DNA from: a virus
Lineage: Duplodnaviria > Caudoviricetes
Reading direction: 5' to 3' (one strand)
Virus record (IMG/VR): IMGVR_UViG_3300045284_000385
Coordinates: 1,908-65,907 of that record
Length of the DNA: 64,000 nt
This document shows positions 1 to 9,686 of the stretch, in pieces. Under the pieces are notes generated by a model. The model was not told the DNA's origin and searched no databases. It saw only the letters and a program-made list of their open reading frames with translations. Both the position numbers and the translations under genes were made by a program. Every line of letters begins with the position of its first letter. The first letter of the stretch is position 1.

Positions 1-183
1 ATATCTTTCAAAAATAGACGAAAGCCGGTGTTCAAATAGAGGCAGTACGGTCGAGGAAGCTCGTTCGATGATTCCGAGGATTACTTCCGAAGTAAACTTT
101 TCCAACATTGCAGCCAATTCAGCCGGATTCTTTTGAAGCCTACGCCACCGTTTTATTTCACGCCTTCGTTGGCTCTTGCTCAT
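1..183 (-). CDS. Hypothetical protein, runs off window start
   Basis: ATG at 183-181 overlaps integrase stop (TGATG); frame open to base 1 (MSKSQRRREIKRW...). Confidence 0.6.
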   Translation of the reverse strand, partial: MSKSQRRREIKRWRRLQKNPAELAAMLEKFTSEVILGIIERASSTVLPLFEHRLSSIFERY

Positions 184-1400
184 CAATTGATACTACCCTT
201 AACTTCATCGTCAATCTGGTCCGGGAAAAGGTTTCTGCTCATATCCTCGACAGCCAGTTTGACTGACTCTGGGATGTCCTTTGTGTAAATCCCGAGAGTA
301 GTCTCGGCACTCGCGTGTCTCAGATGAGTCTGAACGTCCTTGATGGTACCGTGCGGAAGCATGAAGGTAGAGCACGTTCTTCTGAGGCACTGATGGGTTA
401 CTCCAAAAACTCCTAATTTGGCGCAGGACGGTTTGAAAACCCTTCTTAGGTAGTTGTGGGTGTCCAGCGGGGTACTTTGCCTGCCGTGGGCAGCGTGGAA
501 GAGGTAGCCGTTCTCCTGGGAGACCTCCCGGAAGAGAGTAAGTTCTTTTTGGATCATCCGAGGAAGCCAGACAAAGCTTTTGCTGGTTTCGGTCTTAGGC
601 TCTCCGATTTGACCACGATAGAGGGCGTTACCGATCAGAAGCTTTTCTCCCTGCCAATCGCTCCAACGTCGGGCGAATAGTTCACCCGGGCGGAGTCCGA
701 GCAAGACCAGCATCCGAAATACGAGGCGCTCCCGGCCGGTCAATCCTTTGTCAAGTATGTCAATCTCGGCGGCGCTGAGAACTCGGTCACAGGAACGCCT
801 GAGCTTTTTGGGTACCGTCAGCTTCGCCGCGGGATTCCTTCCGAGATATTCTAGGTCAACCGCCTTCTCCAGGATCATCCGTAAGAGTTTCTTTACATGC
901 TTTACAACTGATTCGCTATAGGTCTTCGCGAGCTCGTTGACGTGGTTCTGTAGCGAGAACGGTTCGAGGAAGCAAAGCGGGATCTCTCCGAAGCGGGCGA
1001 GTATATGCTTCTCGATCAGATAGGGAAAGCTCTTCTGTGTCGAGGGCCGCCAGTTGGCCTCAGCCAGCGGTTTGAACCGATGATGATAGAACCATTCTAA
1101 CGGTACCCTGGGATCCGGTTTGGCAAACTGCACCGATGGGTCTTGAGAGATGAGTTTCGAGAGAAGTTGCCGGGCCTGGTGCTTGGTCATCTTCGACTTC
1201 GAGCCGATGACCTTTTCCCGATTGCGCCGGATCTCCTTGCCGTCGTCCAGGCGGACGTAGATATCCCAATGCCCGATCCATTTCCCACGGGCGGATTCGA
1301 TCCAGCCATTCTGATGGCGAGGTCTCGGCAAATGCGCACCGATCTTTCTGAGATCTAGATCAAGTGGCAATTCTAATTCTTTAATTTCTGGGCTGTCCAT
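183..1400 (-). CDS. int: Tyrosine recombinase / phage integrase
   Basis: Catalytic motifs GLRPGE (R), K in PKT, HQCLRRT (HxxxR variant), HLRHAS..TTLGIY (H,Y). Confidence 0.95.
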   Translation of the reverse strand: MDSPEIKELELPLDLDLRKIGAHLPRPRHQNGWIESARGKWIGHWDIYVRLDDGKEIRRNREKVIGSKSKMTKHQARQLLSKLISQDPSVQFAKPDPRVPLEWFYHHRFKPLAEANWRPSTQKSFPYLIEKHILARFGEIPLCFLEPFSLQNHVNELAKTYSESVVKHVKKLLRMILEKAVDLEYLGRNPAAKLTVPKKLRRSCDRVLSAAEIDILDKGLTGRERLVFRMLVLLGLRPGELFARRWSDWQGEKLLIGNALYRGQIGEPKTETSKSFVWLPRMIQKELTLFREVSQENGYLFHAAHGRQSTPLDTHNYLRRVFKPSCAKLGVFGVTHQCLRRTCSTFMLPHGTIKDVQTHLRHASAETTLGIYTKDIPESVKLAVEDMSRNLFPDQIDDEVKGSIN

Positions 1401-1593
1401 TAGTTTTTGCGGTTAAGTCTTTAAGCCAAGCCTCAATCTCTTCCCTTGAAAATCTGTAAGTTGGTTTGACCTCGCCCTGCAGAATTATCGCCGGAAGGTA
1501 AGGACGGCGCCTGCGGGAAGCGTGGCTTCTTACCCACTCCGGGGATATCTTCAGCATCTTGGCAACGTCGGCTACTGTCAGAAGTGGGGTCAT
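1381..1593 (-). CDS. xis: Excisionase-like HTH protein
   Basis: LLTVADVAKMLKIS...YRFSREEIEAWL pattern, directly upstream of int. Confidence 0.8.
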   Translation of the reverse strand: MTPLLTVADVAKMLKISPEWVRSHASRRRRPYLPAIILQGEVKPTYRFSREEIEAWLKDLTAKTNGQPRN

Positions 1594-2090
1594 GATTCCC
1601 GTTGTGGCCGCTTCAGCAATCTTTTATCGAACAACTCTCGACGCTTCTCCTCTGGGAGCTTCTCCCACCATGAAATAGATTGATTGTGCGCCTCGATGAT
1701 TTCTCCGACGACGAGCCGAATGAAATCATCTTTGCTGTCCGCCTCAAGGGGTCCAGTGACCCTGGCCGAGTCCGGCGTTCCGGTTGGCTCTTCTGTTGGA
1801 GGAGAATTCCCGTTCTTGCGCCTCTTGGTGGAAGATTTTTCTGAAATCACTTTGACCTTTTCAGTGGATTCGAAAATGATTTCAACTATGCGTCCGTCTC
1901 CAAGATTGTAGAATTTGAGCTTGTTTTTCTTCATCACTTCCAGGAGCTTGGTCTGCAGTGCTACTTCCTGCTTAGTTAGTTCCATTCGGGAATCCCTGAC
2001 GCCTTCGTACTCTTCCGCTGCGTCGACGATCTCCTGGATCTTGACTGGCTTCATTTCGTCTGATAGGTACTGTTGCTTCAGTCTAGCCAT
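1590..2090 (-). CDS. Hypothetical phage protein
   Basis: AAGGAA RBS, ATGA overlap with xis, charged coiled-coil N-terminus. Confidence 0.7.
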   Translation of the reverse strand: MARLKQQYLSDEMKPVKIQEIVDAAEEYEGVRDSRMELTKQEVALQTKLLEVMKKNKLKFYNLGDGRIVEIIFESTEKVKVISEKSSTKRRKNGNSPPTEEPTGTPDSARVTGPLEADSKDDFIRLVVGEIIEAHNQSISWWEKLPEEKRRELFDKRLLKRPQRES

Positions 2091-2210
2091 GGCTTTCCTT
2101 TTTAACCGGCCATGGAACGCCTTAGACTTCGCTGGTCTTTCTAAGACCGCCCCATGGTATTTTGCAATTAACGCGGGAATCAGTTACCCAGCCCGCTTCG
2201 CGGTGTAACT

Positions 2211-2495
2211 TCAGTCATCAATATCAGGTGCTGCCTTAAGCTCCCAATGCGTTACCGGAATCGGCAATGACGCGAGCGCAACTTTCCTTGCGGTAGCCTC
2301 AGTGGTTGGGGTAAGACAATACAAGCTGCTCGGATGGTAGAACTGGGTCATCACAGTCTTCTTGCCATTTGGAATATCGACTCTGAGTAGCCCAGCTCCG
2401 GCAATGGTTTCCTCTTTGACGTATCCAGCAATTCTCCGATGTCCCATCAATTCCACAATTGCCCATCCCTCAAATCCGTTATGTTCTTCGCTCAT
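2211..2495 (-). CDS. Conserved phage hypothetical protein
   Basis: WAIVELMGHRRIAG...LLRVDIP motif typical of phage early genes; start MSEEHNG coupled to upstream stop. Confidence 0.75.
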   Translation of the reverse strand: MSEEHNGFEGWAIVELMGHRRIAGYVKEETIAGAGLLRVDIPNGKKTVMTQFYHPSSLYCLTPTTEATARKVALASLPIPVTHWELKAAPDIDD

Positions 2496-2974
2496 TAGAA
2501 AACCTCCGCTACTTCCTTCCTGCGCTCCATCTTGATCGGGGGTGGTAAGAGGCCAAGGTACTTTTCCCGTGCATATTTTGCGATGAGGATCGCGTCCGCT
2601 GTGCAATGGGTGATCTTGAATCCAGGGAACAACTGTTGAGCTTTGGCCTTCGAGATGTTCTTGTCGCCGTGGGTCAAACAATTCATATAGCGCTGCCACG
2701 TCTGTGGTGGACAATCCTCGAAGGGGATGCCAATGGATACGAGAATCCCTCTCAGGAGTCCATAGTGCATTCCGAACTTGAAACTTGAGGAGACCCCCTG
2801 CTCAGGGAAAGAATGCACGCGCTCAATGATAGCCAGGGCCAGCGGCGGGCACGCTGAGAAAATGTCCGAAGTGTCCTTTTCGGTTTCCGGCATCTTCTGA
2901 ATAGACTCCAATGTCCCGTCGTCATTCATGAAAGCTACTCCACCAGATAGACCTGGATCTATGCCTGCGAACAT
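2495..2974 (-). CDS. RuvC-like Holliday junction resolvase
   Basis: GIDPGLSGG, IIERV, SSFKFGMHYG, PQTWQ, ADAILIA RNase H-fold motifs. Confidence 0.88.
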   Translation of the reverse strand: MFAGIDPGLSGGVAFMNDDGTLESIQKMPETEKDTSDIFSACPPLALAIIERVHSFPEQGVSSSFKFGMHYGLLRGILVSIGIPFEDCPPQTWQRYMNCLTHGDKNISKAKAQQLFPGFKITHCTADAILIAKYAREKYLGLLPPPIKMERRKEVAEVF

Positions 2975-5949
2975 AAAGTCTCCTCCGAATCTGGTGCCTC
3001 TGAGATCTCTACCAAATCAAAAAGCGTAGGCGTTTCTTTCTTGCGCGAGGCCGCTTCGCAATACATGACGCCGTCTTTGAAGTAGTTCGGGTTCAGCTCA
3101 ATTCCAATTCCTCTGCGTCCCATCTGGATAGCGCAATAGGGCACCGTCATCAATCCGCCGAACGGATCAAGCACGGTATCTCCGGGCTGCGTGAACTGCC
3201 TGATCATCCGGTTTGCGATATCGAATTGCATCGGGCAGAGATGAAACTCTTTCCCCTTCTGCGCCTGGCTCATGTTCAGCGTGCGCATTCGGGCGATGTC
3301 TGTCCAGACATCTGGGTGCCAGGATGGCGGTTGTAAGAGCATGAAGGTGACTGGCAGCCTCTTGGCCTCTTCGAGAGCCTCACCTAGCTTGACGTGATAT
3401 TCATAGTCGTACACTTCCTCGAGTCCGTATTTCCTGAATAGCTTGAAGATGGCGTTGTGCTCGAGGGTCATCAACTCTTCTGGAAGAATCGGACGGTTTC
3501 CGTTAGACCGAGTGAACCCGTGGGCGTCGATCTGCCAGCGGGCTTTCGAATACTCATCCTTGCTCTTAACGACCGGCTCATCGGCGTAGCCGTTGCTGCG
3601 ATCGCTTGGAGGCTTCCTGAATAGGAGCATGTACTCAGGCATCCCGGCGCCCATGCGTGAGCCGTCCTTGCATTGCTCCGTCCAGCCGAGTCGATAGGTC
3701 TGATTGTTCTCTCTGACAACATCAGTGACGATGGTCTTTCTGGCCAGGAAAGCAAATCCGTGTTTGATGAAGTGGCGGACGGTGTCATCACTGAATGGGC
3801 TCACGGTCTGGAATCCTAAGCCAGTCAGACCGCCTGGGACGATCCGGTCCTTAACGTGGATCGCTGCGACCCTGCCTGGCTTCAGGGTGCGATACAGCTC
3901 CGTGGTAACGAAATCCAGGTGCTCGAAAAAATGAGCGTTATCGTTTGTGTGTCCTAGGTCTCGATAGGATGGCGTGTATTCGTATTGGGTAGAAAATGGG
4001 ATTGAGGTTAGAACGAAATCGATGCTGTTATTGTCCAGTGCCCGACACTCCTCTACAGCATCCGAATTGATCAGCCGATATCCTTCTCCATTCACTTCCA
4101 CTCTGTCGAAATCGATTGATCGAGTCATCTTCGAAGCAAGGCTGGCATGGCTCAGGCCGAATTCTCGAATGATCTTGCTCATCTCCTCAACCAGCTCTTT
4201 GTGTTGGTCCCACTTGCGCTGCAACGTCTGTCGCACTCCGCGCTCTGACTCTGAGTAAATGAGATCTATCCGCACCGGATGATTCTGCAGAAATCTATAT
4301 ATGCGGTGAATTGCTTGAATTGTGTCGGAGAACTTGAAAGTTATTCCTATGAAACACATTTTATGGCACTGCTGCAGGTTTATCCCCGCACCATACATTA
4401 CCGGCTTGGTGAGAAAAACCTTTGTCTTCTTGGAGCGCCAATCATCTAAGAGGAGCTCTCGCTCTTCGATAGTTTGTGATCCATAAAGAGATGAGAAAGA
4501 AATCCCTGCTCTGGAAAGAGCTCTTTCGATTGATGTTTGCTCTTCATTGAGGTCACACCAAACCACGATTTGGTCAGATAGGCCGCCGCTTTCAGCAACA
4601 GAGATGGATTGTCGTCCAGCATCCCGATTGCCGCATTGCACAGTCTGCAGAGTAGTCCTCTCACTTCTCCCGTCGTATGATCGTGATCTATCGCAGGCTT
4701 CGTCAGTAACCTCTGACAGATCGCACATTCCCAGTCCTGTATCATCAGGAGCCAATTGAACGCGTCTGGTGTTATTCCGTAAATACGATTTCTCTCCCTT
4801 TCTCTCTGCTTCTTCATTAGAACTGCTCTGTTCGCTTCCAAGTAAGCAGTCATGTAAGCCCGCCGGCCCGTTGAATTCCTGAAGGCCTCTGCTTTTTTCC
4901 TGTGCTGGTGGTAATACTGAAGTTGATACGTCCTCTGGTAGTCTTTGTATGCTTTCGTTTGGCGTCGGCGCGTCATTCGTTCCGATTCCTTCTCGAGTTT
5001 GTTCATGTATAAGCTCCATTAGTTTGCCAATTCGAGCGGGCAGACTGTCGCGCTTCTCCCTGGCTGCGTTCGATACTCCGATGGCTGAATCTTGGAACAG
5101 CCTGAGTTGGCCGTCCCTCTCTGAGCCAGCGTTGCTATGTGTGCTTGGGACCTCGTGCCAGCGAACATCGATTGGCGGAAGGTCGTATCCAGTATCGTCG
5201 AAGCCGATGTCAGAAGGGCGCTGCAGGAATATCGCCCAGGAAGCTACCCACAACCAGAACTCTCTGGTTTTGTGCCCGTGCAGAGTGAGGCGATCAGCGT
5301 GAACTGAGTCACGTTTGAAGAAGCGGGTCTTAGCCTGCCCAACATCCATGATGCCGAGGAAGGCGGCGTAGCTCAGCAATTCAATAAACTCGTTGGGTGA
5401 AGGGGTCGCCGTCGCAACGAATCGATATTTGACAGTTTCAAAGATCCGCATAAACTCCCGGAATGTTTTTGTTCCTCCGAAGCTCCGGAGCACGCTGGCC
5501 TCATCAAGTGAAGCGACCGTGAAAGCTGTGGCGTCCAGCTTCCCGTCGCGGACACTCTCATAGTTGGTAACGAAAATACCGATGGTCTTTTGCTCTTCCC
5601 ATTCAAGCGATAGCTGATCCGCTTCTTCAGTTCGGCGAATGAATCGGATCGGAATCCCAAGCATCTCAGCATCTCTCTTGAATTCCTGACGTACTCCGAG
5701 AGGGGCAACAATCAAGCCTCTTCCGCCAGACCGCTCAAGGACCAACCGAAGCGTTTCAAGCTGAATCATGGTCTTCCCAAGTCCGAAGGCTGCGAAGCAA
5801 GCGCGCCTTCCTCCAGTGGCCATCCATTCGACGATGACGCGCTGATGAGGCTTCAGGATAGGGTTGACCGCTCCGACGGCAACGCCACTCTGCTGCGCCA
5901 CGACCACTTTCATTTCTAGGAATTTCTGATAGCGCTCTCGTTCGTTCAT
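2959..5949 (-). CDS. SNF2-type helicase fused to N4/N6 DNA methyltransferase, with ~140-aa insertion
   Basis: FGLGKT, LDEAS, TATPSPN, GINLQ, QAIHRIYR helicase motifs; TSIPF and VLDPFGG...GIELN methylase motifs. Confidence 0.9.
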   Translation of the reverse strand: MNERERYQKFLEMKVVVAQQSGVAVGAVNPILKPHQRVIVEWMATGGRRACFAAFGLGKTMIQLETLRLVLERSGGRGLIVAPLGVRQEFKRDAEMLGIPIRFIRRTEEADQLSLEWEEQKTIGIFVTNYESVRDGKLDATAFTVASLDEASVLRSFGGTKTFREFMRIFETVKYRFVATATPSPNEFIELLSYAAFLGIMDVGQAKTRFFKRDSVHADRLTLHGHKTREFWLWVASWAIFLQRPSDIGFDDTGYDLPPIDVRWHEVPSTHSNAGSERDGQLRLFQDSAIGVSNAAREKRDSLPARIGKLMELIHEQTREGIGTNDAPTPNESIQRLPEDVSTSVLPPAQEKSRGLQEFNGPAGLHDCLLGSEQSSSNEEAERKGEKSYLRNNTRRVQLAPDDTGLGMCDLSEVTDEACDRSRSYDGRSERTTLQTVQCGNRDAGRQSISVAESGGLSDQIVVWCDLNEEQTSIERALSRAGISFSSLYGSQTIEERELLLDDWRSKKTKVFLTKPVMYGAGINLQQCHKMCFIGITFKFSDTIQAIHRIYRFLQNHPVRIDLIYSESERGVRQTLQRKWDQHKELVEEMSKIIREFGLSHASLASKMTRSIDFDRVEVNGEGYRLINSDAVEECRALDNNSIDFVLTSIPFSTQYEYTPSYRDLGHTNDNAHFFEHLDFVTTELYRTLKPGRVAAIHVKDRIVPGGLTGLGFQTVSPFSDDTVRHFIKHGFAFLARKTIVTDVVRENNQTYRLGWTEQCKDGSRMGAGMPEYMLLFRKPPSDRSNGYADEPVVKSKDEYSKARWQIDAHGFTRSNGNRPILPEELMTLEHNAIFKLFRKYGLEEVYDYEYHVKLGEALEEAKRLPVTFMLLQPPSWHPDVWTDIARMRTLNMSQAQKGKEFHLCPMQFDIANRMIRQFTQPGDTVLDPFGGLMTVPYCAIQMGRRGIGIELNPNYFKDGVMYCEAASRKKETPTLFDLVEISEAPDSEETLCSQA
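4446..5006 (-). CDS. Endonuclease VII-family (His-Me) homing endonuclease nested in the helicase-methylase gene
   Basis: YGIT...Q...CAIC...IDHDHTTGEVRGLLCRLCNAAIGMLDD signature; GGAG 7 nt before ATG. Confidence 0.88.
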   Translation of the reverse strand: MNKLEKESERMTRRRQTKAYKDYQRTYQLQYYHQHRKKAEAFRNSTGRRAYMTAYLEANRAVLMKKQRERERNRIYGITPDAFNWLLMIQDWECAICQRLLTKPAIDHDHTTGEVRGLLCRLCNAAIGMLDDNPSLLLKAAAYLTKSWFGVTSMKSKHQSKELFPEQGFLSHLFMDHKLSKSESSS

Positions 5950-6022
5950 AGTTTTGGTGGGCGGCTTCGAGGAGAGAGGGATGCGAAGCCCTTTTCTATC
6001 GAATTGTTGCGCCGCCCGTGAA

Positions 6023-7072
6023 TTACTCTGTCTTCGGCTCCCCGCCGATCGGAACGAATTTGACGGAGAATTTTCCTTTTGGATCGACCTGTTTGTATTG
6101 CTCTTTTATATTGGCCGGGACGTTGTACTTGGTAAACGCGGACCACTTTCCATCGATGAGGTAATGCCCGAGTATCCCCTGCTCGACTCCCCGGAACTGC
6201 TTTGAAAGATCTTCGTGTAAGGTGTCGTATTCTTTTGCGAAGGGCTTCAGTTCCTCATGCCTCTTGATCTGAGCCTCGATCTCATCGAATTCAGGTCCGG
6301 CGAAGATGCTTGCTCCGCTGCCGGCCAATGTGGGGGGTTGGCAGAAGCTTCCAAACCATTTACAGGACGGACAGAGAGTGCGCTCGACGGTGAAGTCTGG
6401 GATTGTGCCGCTTTCTTTGTATCGCATGGCTTGATCAGACTTTCCTAGGAATTCATCGAGTCGTAAGTAGTTCTCATCCGTCAATTCTGCGAGTAGAAGT
6501 TGAGGTATCCCGGAACGATCGATGATCAGAAGACCGTATTCAGAGCCAGAGCCGTACAGGTAAGAGAGCATTTGATAGCAGCCCGCGCGCGTCCATTTGT
6601 TCTCGAGCAGGTCTTCGAATCTCTTGACGCCTTGAACGAGCGTTGGAGACCACGCCTTGACTTCGAAGGGGGGCTCGGATAAACCTTTTCCGAAGTGTAG
6701 TCGCCCGTCTACCTTCCCGGTGATAACGACTCTCCCGGCAACTTCGAGAGCGAACCGTTCCTGCTGTTTGACTACTGAAAACGGCGGATCACATAGTCGC
6801 CCAATGCGATCGAGGTCTTGACGAATGTCGCGCTCCCGGTCGTTTCCTCTTCGAAATCTCGCTTTAACCTCAGCCGGGAACGGTGGGAGCTCATGGCTGT
6901 GAGTCAGGTTGTTGTAGAGATGCCGGGTGCAGGGGTGGTACTGAGAAGCCCAGACATTTTTCTGCGGCTCCTTCTGCTCGTCGCGACGCTCCTCTGCCTC
7001 GATGAATTGCTCCCAGGCCACACTGAGAGCCTTGGCGATTCCAGCGGGTGAGTCTGTGGTTGAGACGATCAT
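6023..7072 (-). CDS. PD-(D/E)XK (Cas4/RecB-like) exonuclease
   Basis: N-terminal Cys, GKVDG...FEVK, QMLSY, CPSCKWFGSFC cluster; ATGA overlap sets the start. Confidence 0.8.
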   Translation of the reverse strand: MIVSTTDSPAGIAKALSVAWEQFIEAEERRDEQKEPQKNVWASQYHPCTRHLYNNLTHSHELPPFPAEVKARFRRGNDRERDIRQDLDRIGRLCDPPFSVVKQQERFALEVAGRVVITGKVDGRLHFGKGLSEPPFEVKAWSPTLVQGVKRFEDLLENKWTRAGCYQMLSYLYGSGSEYGLLIIDRSGIPQLLLAELTDENYLRLDEFLGKSDQAMRYKESGTIPDFTVERTLCPSCKWFGSFCQPPTLAGSGASIFAGPEFDEIEAQIKRHEELKPFAKEYDTLHEDLSKQFRGVEQGILGHYLIDGKWSAFTKYNVPANIKEQYKQVDPKGKFSVKFVPIGGEPKTE

Positions 7073-7338
7073 GATTCCTTTTTTTCGCAAACGTCTTTGA
7101 CGAATCTGATTGCCATAGCCGCAATCTGAATCGCTTCCGACCTCATGTTAGAAAGGTCTCGCATGGAACGGCGCTTCTTGATTTCTTCCCAGAGCTCCTC
7201 GACTTCCTCAAGGATCACAGCCCAACCTTCGTGGGCCGAGTTGAGAGGTTTATGGTTTGTTACGGCTCGGTGTAATTCGTCGTCTATCTCTTCCGCGATT
7301 TTGTTACCGATAGTTGGGACCATCGTTGTATAGCTCAC
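7069..7338 (-). CDS. Small MazG-like all-helical protein
   Basis: LEEVEELWEE...EAIQIAAMAIR pattern. Confidence 0.55.
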   Translation of the reverse strand: MSYTTMVPTIGNKIAEEIDDELHRAVTNHKPLNSAHEGWAVILEEVEELWEEIKKRRSMRDLSNMRSEAIQIAAMAIRFVKDVCEKKES

Positions 7339-8102
7339 TTGAGCCTCCCGGAACTGAGGTCTTGCTTGCTGAAAAACTCGATGCCAGGAATATGCGTCTG
7401 CCCTTTACTGGTCCGGGCGACTGTGTTGAGCAGTGTTTCGTTGAGCAAGAGGTATGCTCTTGGAACATCGTTCAGTTCCTTGACACGCCATCTCCACACT
7501 GTTCTACTGCTGACACCCTGGATCTTCGGCGGTGGGGGCGGCAGAGGCCTCGGTGCTGGGAGCGTGGCGACCTTCGGAATCACGACTGGAATGGATTCTA
7601 CCTTGGCGGCTTCGGCGAGGAGTTCGTCTGCCGTTTGAGTGTCGCCTTCCTGCTCCGCTTCGAGGGCCATTTGGAGAGCCATCTCCGCTTGACGCTTCTG
7701 CTCTGCTGCTTCCTCTCTGGCCTTTCGCTCCGCGGTCTCTTGTTCCTCCCTGGCTTTGCGTTCCGATTCGCGTTGCTCCCGATCGGCTTGTTCCTTGGCC
7801 ATTCTCAGTACATTATCCCGCTGCAAGATCTTGTTCTTGAGTAATCCTTCTGTTTTTAGCAGAGGAGTTGCGTGTGCTGATTTTGCTAAGAGAGCTTGCT
7901 GGTGAGCTCGGTGGGCTGATTCTATGACAGGATCAAACGTTGCTTCAATTTCGGCCTGCAGGCTCTTCACAGCTTTCAATAATTGGCCGGCGAGCAGGTA
8001 GGTAGCATCGTCGACGATGATCAGGATTTCAGCCTGTTGGATAACTTCGGTGGAGCTTCTGATGATTCCCTGTGGGGCCGGGATTGCCAATATGGTGCTC
8101 AT
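7335..8102 (-). CDS. Coiled-coil phage protein of the recombination module
   Basis: Long E/R/A coiled coil; C-terminal VPRAYL...IPGIEF motif. Confidence 0.7.
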   Translation of the reverse strand: MSTILAIPAPQGIIRSSTEVIQQAEILIIVDDATYLLAGQLLKAVKSLQAEIEATFDPVIESAHRAHQQALLAKSAHATPLLKTEGLLKNKILQRDNVLRMAKEQADREQRESERKAREEQETAERKAREEAAEQKRQAEMALQMALEAEQEGDTQTADELLAEAAKVESIPVVIPKVATLPAPRPLPPPPPKIQGVSSRTVWRWRVKELNDVPRAYLLLNETLLNTVARTSKGQTHIPGIEFFSKQDLSSGRLK

Positions 8103-8563
8103 TGAACCCCCTTCCAGGATCTTCCATGTCGAATATGGCCGATCATTCCGTGCGAGACCCCGAATTGCCTGGCTAGATCTACCAACTTGCCTGGAGTTTT
8201 CTTGATCAATTTAACGGTCTCGGAGTCGAGTTTATAACCTCTACCCTTAGACATTCGGTCTTCGATATTGTCGATGTTTGTTCCTAAGAAAAAATGATCA
8301 GGTCTAACGCAAAGCGGTGTATCGCAATGGTGAAGAACGTCCATTCCGTCTGGAATAGGTCCATATACCAATGTGTAAGCGAGTCTCGGAGCTCTCCATT
8401 TCTTTCTTTCGGCTCGTGGAGCCCTCTCCCAAATATGGCCATATCCTTTCACAGTCGGGCCAGTCCAAAACCAGCACCCATCAGTCTTGTTGACTTGAGC
8501 CCAGAATCTAATCCCTAACTCTTCGAGTCTTTCTGATTCAGTTCTCTTGGGGCGTCCCATCAA
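8099..8563 (-). CDS. HNH endonuclease with C-terminal HTH
   Basis: CWFWTG..GYG, VLHHCDTPLCVRPDH..LGT..DN..D. Confidence 0.92.
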   Translation of the reverse strand: MMGRPKRTESERLEELGIRFWAQVNKTDGCWFWTGPTVKGYGHIWERAPRAERKKWRAPRLAYTLVYGPIPDGMDVLHHCDTPLCVRPDHFFLGTNIDNIEDRMSKGRGYKLDSETVKLIKKTPGKLVDLARQFGVSHGMIGHIRHGRSWKGVQ

Positions 8564-9567
8564 GCCTCCTCTCCTGGTTGTCTTTCTGGAGGTGAGATAG
8601 TGTCGTTCATCTGCTTCTGCAGAGTCTTGAGTTCTTCGATGGTCTTCGCCTTGAACACAAGATCTTTAAAGGCCTTGCGCTCTTCTTGTGTTGGAAGCTG
8701 AGTTATCAGTTCAAGCAGTTGGTTCTTGAAGTCTCCAACTTTGAGAGGTGGTTCTTCAGTGGTCTGAGAAGGAGACGCTTCAGACTTAGACTCTGATTCA
8801 ACCTTCTTCGCTGGAATCGTTTTTTGTCCGCAAGTTTTATATGACGGGCAGCCCCAGTAGGGGCTCGACTGGTCTTTGTCGAAGAGCCGCATTTTCGTCT
8901 TACACTTTGGGCAGTCGGGAGCGAGTCCGTAGTCTGCCTTGCTGCCGGAGGCGCCGTGGCGCTCAGTCTGCCTTCCGAAACCCTTGCCAAGATTGAACCC
9001 AACCAAGTCTTGAGGATCGGAACGGGAGAAAACCTTATTCAGTTCCTCGATTGGGACTGACGCTAAGCCAGCCAAATGCCTGACGATGGAGCCATCAAGA
9101 TTCGACCGAGCCGCTTTCATGGTCTCGATCTTCAGTTTCGCCGCGTTGACTTCGCGGCCCATCTCCATACTGCCCGTGTCGCGGGAGCCAAGCACTGCGA
9201 AGACATCTCGACCGGTTAGTCTGCTGTGGCCGTCTCCCATTACGATGTAGAGAACTGAGCCATCTTCCTGTGCTTCCTCTGAGAACCCGCTGATATTCGA
9301 TATTTCAATCCCCCATATATCCATCATCCGCTCGCAGCCTGAATCTTGCAGGTATGCGTACACTCCCGACTCACCCTTGAAGAGAGTCCAGTCTCTCGGA
9401 AAAGTTCGCGCAATCGAGCCACGACGCGCCAGCTCTAAGATTGCCATTCTCTTAGCAAGTAATTCCTCTCCGCGCTTCCCATCGAGTTGGGCAAGCTCAT
9501 CGGTAGAAATTGGAAGAGCTCTTCCGGTCAGTGCCATCTGCGGTTCAAGAACTTCTGTTTCATTCAT
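8560..9567 (-). CDS. Putative single-strand annealing/recombination protein with C4 zinc ribbon
   Basis: GGAGG RBS; CPKC...YWGCPSYKTC topoisomerase-type zinc finger; position near the exonuclease. SSAP call is inference. Confidence 0.55.
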   Translation of the reverse strand: MNETEVLEPQMALTGRALPISTDELAQLDGKRGEELLAKRMAILELARRGSIARTFPRDWTLFKGESGVYAYLQDSGCERMMDIWGIEISNISGFSEEAQEDGSVLYIVMGDGHSRLTGRDVFAVLGSRDTGSMEMGREVNAAKLKIETMKAARSNLDGSIVRHLAGLASVPIEELNKVFSRSDPQDLVGFNLGKGFGRQTERHGASGSKADYGLAPDCPKCKTKMRLFDKDQSSPYWGCPSYKTCGQKTIPAKKVESESKSEASPSQTTEEPPLKVGDFKNQLLELITQLPTQEERKAFKDLVFKAKTIEELKTLQKQMNDTISPPERQPGEEA

Positions 9568-9686
9568 AAAATGTCGCCTCCTTTGATTTTTTATTCCCCG
9601 ACCCGCTCCCCCATGAAGCGGGCCAGGACTCTTTGCAAATACGCACAATCACAGTTCTGTTCAAGCTCGCATCGCATCGCCTCCTT

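Noticed and set aside
4575-5005. Intein or group I intron explanation for the helicase insertion
   Set aside because: No intein terminal residues in the host frame and almost no non-coding room for an intron core; not called, though not formally excluded
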